A stretch of DNA of 64,000 nucleotides. It comes from Schmidtea nova. Its lineage: Eukaryota. Positions 24,193 to 32,054 of this stretch are shown piece after piece. Made by a program: the position numbers and the translations under genes. Under the pieces are notes generated by a model. The model was not told the DNA's origin and searched no databases. It saw only the letters and a program-made list of their open reading frames with translations. The stretch is taken from positions 185,690,001-185,754,000 of the forward strand of contig CM097883.1 in the NCBI GenBank assembly GCA_044892505.1, read 5' to 3'. Each line of letters starts with the position of its first letter. The stretch's first letter is position 1.

Positions 24193-24768
24193 ATGAGACT
24201 ATTGAAGCAAAGATCAGAACCAGAACAACAGACGATATCAAAAGAAAGATTCAAAAAATGGAAGAGAGCAACAGAGCAATATTATCAAGACCAAATAGAT
24301 CAATTGAAGGAAGTAATGAGCAAAGATAGAAAATATATCGCACAAATGGAACAAAAGTGCGAGACGATGGAAATAATCAAGCGAGAAAATTATCTATTTC
24401 GCCAACAAAATGGTCTTACCCAAAAATATTGCGACAGACAGAAGCAAGAGATTGACAGACTCAAAAGGGAAATAAACAGTGAACAGAACACTGATAATAA
24501 AAGGAGAATTAAGATCGAGTCATTACAACGATCCTTGAAGAGCAAACAGAAAAAGATTATCAAAAGAGAAAAACAGATAATAAAGTTGAAAAGTGAAATC
24601 ATAGAAGCAAAGTTTGATACATTCAAAGCAAAGAAAGTTGTAGAAATCAAAACGGCAGAAAATTACGTCCTCAAAGAACAAAGGCGAAAAGAAGCAGACG
24701 AGATTGCAAAAATGGGTAACTGGAAGCCAGAGAGTCCGTTAAAGCTAAATGAAGAGACGAAAGAATAA
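24193..24768 (+). CDS. 191-aa basic coiled-coil protein, function unknown
   Basis: Open K/E/Q/R-rich ORF; attatag-aaa-ATG start context. Confidence 0.72.
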   Translation: MRLLKQRSEPEQQTISKERFKKWKRATEQYYQDQIDQLKEVMSKDRKYIAQMEQKCETMEIIKRENYLFRQQNGLTQKYCDRQKQEIDRLKREINSEQNTDNKRRIKIESLQRSLKSKQKKIIKREKQIIKLKSEIIEAKFDTFKAKKVVEIKTAENYVLKEQRRKEADEIAKMGNWKPESPLKLNEETKE

Positions 24769-24863
24769 AATATATCTAAACTCATGTAAATATCCCTGTA
24801 AAAATATAAAAGAGAAAATTTGACAAATCATTAAACAAATTTGAATCTATAAATCTATAGAAA

Positions 24864-25709
24864 ATGAGCAATCTAATGAGGATCACAACAACCATCATGA
24901 TATTTATGATTACAAACTGCCGAAGCGAAGAAGCATTGAGTCAATGTCAAGCAAGCCATCCATTTAGAAGGTCCGATAGCATCTGTGTAAGCTATCAAGA
25001 AATTTGTATCACCAGAAATGAGGAGTGTCAACAGATACAATTACAATGTCAACAATGTCCTAAATCCAGTGAAGATTCAATCACCATCCTTAAACAATTG
25101 AGAAATGAAACTCAACAATTAATCCAACTACAAATCTCCTTAACCAAAAGAAACAATCTTCAACTAAAGAAACAGCTCGAAAACCAATCATCTTTCAAAC
25201 AGTTGACTACCGAACTAAAGAAATTGAGCAAGTTAATAGAAAAATCTCTAAATAATAAAGATGAAGTTAACGAGGAAAGATCAAGTTTTACAGAGGAGTT
25301 AAATCAAAAACTAAAAACTCAACTTCATCAGACCGAGAGAATTATAAAGCAATTGGTTTTATCCGAAAAGCAAAAAGAGATTATCCCTAAACAAGGATCA
25401 ACAAACGAAGACGTCAGAGACCGAGAAGCAGCCATCACAGTCGTTCTACAGGGCATCAGTCTTTTCGCGGTCATAATGATCTTTAGCATTGTTGCATCAA
25501 TCGGATTAGAGAAAATGAAATTAGAGAAAGCGAAAATACAATTGAATACAATCAAACGAACCACACATGAAGACAACAACCCTTCAGAAAATTTTCTGCG
25601 ATCAATATTTGAAGATCCAGTTCAAGAACAGCCTAATCCTGAGACATCTACAACCTCGGTGCAGATGAATTACTTCTATAACAATAATACGATTCAATTC
25701 ACCTTTTGA
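24864..25709 (+). CDS. 281-aa predicted type I membrane protein (signal peptide, Cys-rich head, coiled coil, TM, tail with PVQE)
   Basis: Hydrophobic N-terminus (ITTTIMIFMITNCRS), six Cys in the head, L/Q/K heptads, TM AAITVVLQGISLFAVIMIFSIVASIGL, and a tail containing DPVQEQP (25617-25631). Confidence 0.8.
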   Translation: MSNLMRITTTIMIFMITNCRSEEALSQCQASHPFRRSDSICVSYQEICITRNEECQQIQLQCQQCPKSSEDSITILKQLRNETQQLIQLQISLTKRNNLQLKKQLENQSSFKQLTTELKKLSKLIEKSLNNKDEVNEERSSFTEELNQKLKTQLHQTERIIKQLVLSEKQKEIIPKQGSTNEDVRDREAAITVVLQGISLFAVIMIFSIVASIGLEKMKLEKAKIQLNTIKRTTHEDNNPSENFLRSIFEDPVQEQPNPETSTTSVQMNYFYNNNTIQFTF

Positions 25710-25888
25710 CAATTCATGTACTTTCTTCCATTCATTTAATCTATCTATCTATTTGTATTCTCATCTTGAACAATATTTCATCATCATTAAATCATAACCC
25801 TGTTTAAAACATCGTAACGCCCTTGTAAATAGCAAAAATTATTTATCATCATTATTCAATTTCTCTATTAGAAACACAAAAATCAACA

Positions 25889-26692
25889 ATGAAATCGTAC
25901 CGAGAAGTTTTTCTAATCGCCATGATCACAACAATTTATTGTCATCTCGAAGAAACCCAGAAATCAAGCCAATTAAACCCAAATCAACAATGTAATAAAG
26001 AACCATTTGAAATCTCTAACAACAAACAACTATCCGAAAAGATTGAGCAAGCCAAAATCGAAATTCAAAATACCCTTTTCAATCAAAATGATGAAATTTC
26101 AGGTCTAAAGAGAATAGCAAGGATAATATTAGCAGACTTAGCGATCAGAGATATATATGAGGATATTTTTGATAGTGATCGAGAAACCCGTGATGCAATA
26201 AAAAGTCTCACCAAAGAATTAAAAATGAATATAGGCAAGTTAATCGATCAGCTAACGATAAATTCATCAAGTCCGAAATGTCTGAAACAAATCCAGCAAA
26301 TTCATCATAACCTGTCCCAGCAGATTTCCGAAGTAGGAAACCAAACGGCACAACAACTGAGAAAGGCTTATTTCGAAAACCTGGCATTTAGGAATAAAAT
26401 CCACGATCACATAAACGAGATATCGAAACCGGATAACAATCAAGACAGAGACAAGTGCAGAGCATCCCTCCTATCATCCGAACGAATTCTCGATATCTGC
26501 CTGATCATCCTTAACTTTTTCCTAATAATCGGAATTTGTGGTATAATATGGTTAGGCTTGACCACCACAAGAATGATGAACAACATGACCTCCGAACAAT
26601 CCGGAAGCGAAGATGACAAGAAACGGTTGATCAATACCGAGTCATTCAAACTATCCCAGCCGAAGACCCAACAAATTCAATTCAAAAGTTAA
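25889..26692 (+). CDS. 267-aa predicted type I membrane protein (signal peptide, coiled coil, TM, short tail)
   Basis: N-terminus VFLIAMITTIYC, heptad-rich ectodomain, TM ILDICLIILNFFLIIGICGIIWLGL, tail ending QIQFKS. Confidence 0.8.
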   Translation: MKSYREVFLIAMITTIYCHLEETQKSSQLNPNQQCNKEPFEISNNKQLSEKIEQAKIEIQNTLFNQNDEISGLKRIARIILADLAIRDIYEDIFDSDRETRDAIKSLTKELKMNIGKLIDQLTINSSSPKCLKQIQQIHHNLSQQISEVGNQTAQQLRKAYFENLAFRNKIHDHINEISKPDNNQDRDKCRASLLSSERILDICLIILNFFLIIGICGIIWLGLTTTRMMNNMTSEQSGSEDDKKRLINTESFKLSQPKTQQIQFKS

Positions 26693-27011
26693 ATTCAACA
26701 AACTTAATAAACTTGATAAAACTTTTATCCGAGTCGCTGTAGACTCATATCGAACTTTGATTAGCCGCTGTAGGCACATATATTACATTTATTTTTGCTT
26801 GTGAGTCGATGTAGACTCATATTAAGGTATACGTATTAAATTTTTATTAATTTTTATAAACTTTTTATTTTTATTGTCGCGAACGGCATGGCATGATCAC
26901 GACCAAGTAGCTCGTGTATAATGTACAACCTTTTGACCTTTGATTAGTCTTGGTTCTTAACCCCTCTGAGAAATTGCGGGACGCAATCTTTGCGGGCCCC
27001 CGAGTATTTTA

Positions 27012-30000
27012 TGTTGGGCCAAAACGCAATTTGTTTTAATAAAGCGATAACCCCATAGGTAGAGAACGCGCAAGATTCCATTTTTAACCTTAGCTGCCAT
27101 TAAAAATCTAACAATTACGTGGAAAACACCAAAAGGTGAAGTGAAATCAAAACACATCAACCGGTAGAGTACGCGCTAGCTGCGAGTTTGTAAGTCTTTT
27201 CACTGAAATCTCGAGAAAAATTAAAAGCAGAACGTTTGGAAGTTAGAATAGGCGGAAAACCCATTGAAAGTGCCCATAAAGAACAGAATTTTGTCATAAA
27301 ATCTTCAGTACAGAAAAATTAACAAAATTTTAGAAGAAAATTGTAAATTTATCACAAAATTTCACATTTAACAGTAGAGAGAATTGATATGGATCGAAAT
27401 ATCATAAATTAAATCAAATCGAACAAATTTCGATTCAAACATAAAAATTTTGAATTAAAATAAATTATTTATAGTTTATAAAAAATTATTATACAAAAAT
27501 ATGGAATTAATTTTCGGAAAATCATTAGAATTAATTTAGAAAAAATTAAGAGAAAATTCTAGAACAATTTGTTTTATTGCACTAGTGAAGATAGGGTAAA
27601 ATTGATGGTATATATACCGCCATCAAAATGGCAGAATTCAGAATTTGTGAAAAAATTTTCGTTTTGTTTAACTAAGAATTTGTACCATTTTCAACAGAAA
27701 TTGTGGGAGAAAAATTTCTTAATTGTTTCTGAAAATTTTACAGAGTTTTTGGCAGAATTTTTGTGAAGATTTCGTGGAGAAAATTCTTTAGAGAGATTAT
27801 CAGAATTTTTGAATTTCTGTGAAAGAGGAAGAAGACACTGATTCCCGGAAGACCAAAATAAAACGAACATTTTATAAAAGAAATTTTCGTGTGAATTTGA
27901 AGATTTTCCGGAGTTTGCGAATCACTGAAAGAAATGTAAGGATTAATTGTTTTTTTTTAACTTGTTTTTGAGGGGTTTGGGATCGTCGATCATCATGCCT
28001 GACGATCATCCCATTCCTCGCACTTTATTAATTGATATGGTATTTGTTATTTGTTAATTTTAATTTAATGCTAACACCTTATTATGATATTATTAAAATA
28101 AAATATTTGATTCATATTTTATTCGATTTAGTTTTAAATTTTTTCTTGTTGTTATTACTATCATCACAAATTCCCAAATTAATTAAAATTTCATATGAGC
28201 ATTTATCTAAATACGAAAAAATAAAATTTTTTTTTCTCCCTTATCTTCTGACGATCCGTCCAGCCTTGGTTGTGCGGATCTGTTAGTAGCCTGGGTGGAT
28301 CGTTGTCTGATTAGTAATCGGCCAGCCCATATTTCCACTTTAAGGTGAGGCTCATACATCCATAATCTCGTCATCCCAACTGGGGAATCGTGGTATGGCC
28401 AAGAGCAAGGATTTGTTATACTAATGATTTTTATTATAATAGAGTAGCATATTTTTATTATCTACATAAGCAATTTCGTAATACAACATAAAATTTTCTA
28501 ACTCATGTCTTGAAATCTAAAATAGGAAATATTACTGATTAAAAAATCGACTCGTACTCACCTTCACCTTCACACTCTCAACGACGATCATCTTATGAGA
28601 AAACGCAAGAAAAATGGATGCTAATGATGAAAAGAAATCGTTCGAATTAATGCTCAAATCCAATGGAATGGTAATGAAACCGAAATTAACCTTACTCGAT
28701 GTCGAAAAATATTCGTTGAAAAATTTATAACTTATTTTTATTTTATTTTTATTTAGCATATAAAGACTTTTTAGATTTTGGATTTCGAAATTTATGGATA
28801 AAAATGTATTATTATTTCATTTTGGTCAAGAATAAAAATTTGCTTTTTATTATACTGCAAAAATTTTATAATGAAAAAATTGTAAACCAAAAATTTTCCT
28901 AATATTGTTATGATATAAAAGATTTTGTCATTTTATAAAATTCCTAAGAATTTATAAATCAAAACTTATATTGAAATCCATAAAAATTTTAAATCGAAAA
29001 TATTAGTATTATATTGAAAATTTTATCATCTTAAAAAAATCCAAAATTTCAAAATTTTATAGGAAAATTTTTATTATATATATATATATATATACTTAAA
29101 ATATAAAAATTCGAACCTAAAAATGTATATTATAAAAATTAGAAATTTTATTATTATATTATTTTCATAAAATTATAAATTTAAAATTTATAAAAAGTAT
29201 TATAAAAATGTATATTATAAAAATTAGAAATCTTATTATTATTTAATTTTCATAAGATTATAAATTTAAAATTTGTAAAAAGTATTATAAAAATTATTAT
29301 TATTATTTTGATATAAAAATTATTATTATTATTTTAATTTAAAAAATATTTTATATGATTTATATATAGTATAATATAACTACCCCACGATACCTCAAAA
29401 TCATAACGCATCTCTATTTGCAAAAAATTATATCCATTTCATTCAATAACATTTTCCATACTAATACACACGCAACATCTATTTAAAATACAATATACAC
29501 ACATACACAGTATCATTCAATAACATTCAACAATCACATACACACCAACAAACCATACCAAAAATTCCACCCAGACATGCTAGTTAGCATCGTACGTCCA
29601 ATCACACGCACAAACACTCAATTGTTCCCGTCACCTATCCACAAATCGCACGCAAACACGATAATAATAAAGTCATACAAATCTAAAACAATATTACACA
29701 CCATCATTCTATCTCACTCTACTCAACATACCATCGCATTCAACTCATACAATCACCCTTAATATCATTTAATTGCATTTTTTTTGTGGCGAATCAACAA
29801 GTTCTGCCAAAACCTTTTCATAACAATCTATGGAAATCATACAAAAATCTACCATTATACGGCGAGGGTACATAAGAAATCCGTAAAGTAAAATAATTTA
29901 ACGGACGGAGGACTAAGTAAATCTGATCCAACAATGCCGCATAAACAAAAAAGATTTTTTTATTAAAGCCCAATAAAACTCATAATTTTGATTGGAAAAT

Positions 30001-31103
30001 CCAACAAAACTCATAATTGTGAAATTATTTTATTCAAAATCAAATAGTCTAAGATAATTGTGAAATTGTTTTATTCAGGATCAAATAGTTCATTAGCATG
30101 ATTAAAAAATCAAATAGTCCAACTGCATGGCTTCTTGTAAAGATAAGACGGTACCAAACTGTCCATAAATCGTTCTCTGCATATGAGATGATAATAGAAA
30201 TACAAATCGTTGGAATAAATTTCGACACATTGGGTCATGATCTCCAATCTTCGATGCCCAGAGTTTGTAGAGGGTGATCTTGCGGTGAAAAGTAACAAAA
30301 TTTACCTGAAAAGATAAATCAAAAAATAGAATATCTCCTTCAAAATGAATATTACCGTTTTTTTTTGTTCGGGAAATTTCCTATTGAACTCTGATATAAT
30401 TGCTATTATACTCCGGATCTCTAAAATGGCTAATTGAGAAAAATTTTATAAAAAACCCGAACTTACCGTTAAGACCACATCGGGATTTTTGTTTCTTGTA
30501 AATGGATATATATATGTATATATGAGTATATATACATTAATTGTATTATATATATGTATATTTGAATTATATTCGTTTTAAATATATTTATTAACAGACT
30601 TAAACAAGGAGTTTAAGATTTGTTAATTTAGTAATAAACTGGCCAAATGAAGAATTAAATTCAAACTTTTCGATGCATAATTAAGATTCATTCTTAAAAA
30701 ATTGTATTATTTATTATTTATCCTAAAATTACAATATTAGAAAAATTTAATGTTTATTAGTGTTTTCGAATGTTCGGAATAATTTATTTGTATTTATAAT
30801 TATGTAAAATAATTATGTAAATTTCTGATAAAATTTGTATTGAAAGCTTATAGGTAAATCATATAAGAAGGGACAAAATGGGCATTAAACCTTCTATCGG
30901 TAGCCCTTGGACCCAGGAGATATTCGGTCAATCATAGTTTCGTATTGACGACGCTCACTGATTGCGAATACACACCCACTTGTTACAGTACCAACGTTAC
31001 ATAGTGACGGGTAACAAGATGGTAATTTCAATGTTTTATGTGTTGAGTTGTTGATGAGAGCCATAGAAACGTCAAGGTCATATTGACGGTCAACAACCCA
31101 CCA
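27012..31103 (+). repeat. 3' LTR (4092 bp)
   Basis: Same termini as the 5' LTR. Differs by roughly 20 substitutions/small indels (counted by eye) and one fewer 85-bp tandem unit. Followed by TSD cgat. Confidence 0.97.
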
Positions 31104-31580
31104 CGATGTTTACTACAAACAGCTGCCCGTCTGGTGCTGGCAATACAACAAAAGCGACTTCGTCTTCTTGGTGGTTGATTTCATCAAATTTAATATCTCC
31201 ACGACAATGCACGACCCAATACGGCAGCCAAATCTGTGCAGAAATTTACTGACATTGGTTTTACTGTTCTACCACATCCCCTTTACTCCCAAGACCTCGC
31301 ACCATCCGATTTTTATTTGTTTTCCCCTTTGAAATCTGCAATTCGTGGAAGAGATTTCAACGGAGTTGATGAAATTCAAGTGGTTCTGGACACTTGGTTG
31401 GACAGTAAATCACGCAGCTTCTTCGCCGATGGAATCAGGAAACTACCTGGTCGATGGCGCCGATGTGTCCTTCATAATGGTGCATATTTTGAACATCTCT
31501 CTGACACAGATGATTGACATTTTTGATGTTTTGAAATTTATATATGTTTCACCGGACAAAACGTATTGGTTTATTTTGCA
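31104..31580 (+). mobile_element. Mariner transposon, 3' part
   Basis: Continues DVYYKQL...LHDNARP...LPHPLYSQDLAPSDFYLF...RWRRCVLHNGAYFE. The 3' TIR at 31550-31580 matches the 5' TIR at 27/31 positions and is followed by TA. The rejoined element is ~1.36 kb. Confidence 0.92.
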
Positions 31581-32054
31581 TACGGTTTCTCATTTGTCAG
31601 TAAGACCCTTGCATTAGATAGTGTAAATATTTTATTAGATAGTGTTCATCTTCATTTATGAATGTTTTTTGGTAGTAATAATAATAATTTATTTTTAATT
31701 ATCTTTTAGATGAATTTTAATGCAAAATAAATGTTACTACCAAAATCTAATGTTGTAATTAACCATATAATGTTATAAATTTAAATTCTTTATTTAAACT
31801 AAATTATTATTTTTCTTGTGAATTTTATATAAAGAAAATTTTATTATAATATTTCAGTGGATTAGTTTTAAATAAAAATTTGCCAAAAATAATATTAGAA
31901 TATCAAAATTATAAAAATCTGATTGTTTAAATGTATCTATCATAACTAAGACTTTTTAAATTCGTTTCTATACAAATTTGTTGATTAAAATATTTATTTA
32001 TTTAACTAATTATAAAGTCAATCTCTTCCAATATAATTTCCATTAAAATTGAAA

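Larger units (their letters stand above)
6155..31103 (+). mobile_element. Giant (~25 kb) Ty3/gypsy-type LTR element with no visible pol, carrying a multi-gene cargo (Burro-like)
   Basis: Two ~4.1-kb TG...CA direct repeats, CGAT TSD (6151-54 and 31104-07), tRNA-Pro PBS, a retropepsin DTG domain, and nine same-strand ORFs. No RT, RNase H or integrase motifs seen. Confidence 0.95.

Noticed and set aside
15418-26649. Minus-strand ORFs overlapping the cargo genes
   Set aside because: Antisense shadows of A-rich coding strands (F/L/S/I-rich), with no independent evidence.
24864-26692. Definite env annotation
   Set aside because: No furin site, fusion peptide or recognisable baculovirus-F/errantivirus motif; kept only as a hypothesis.
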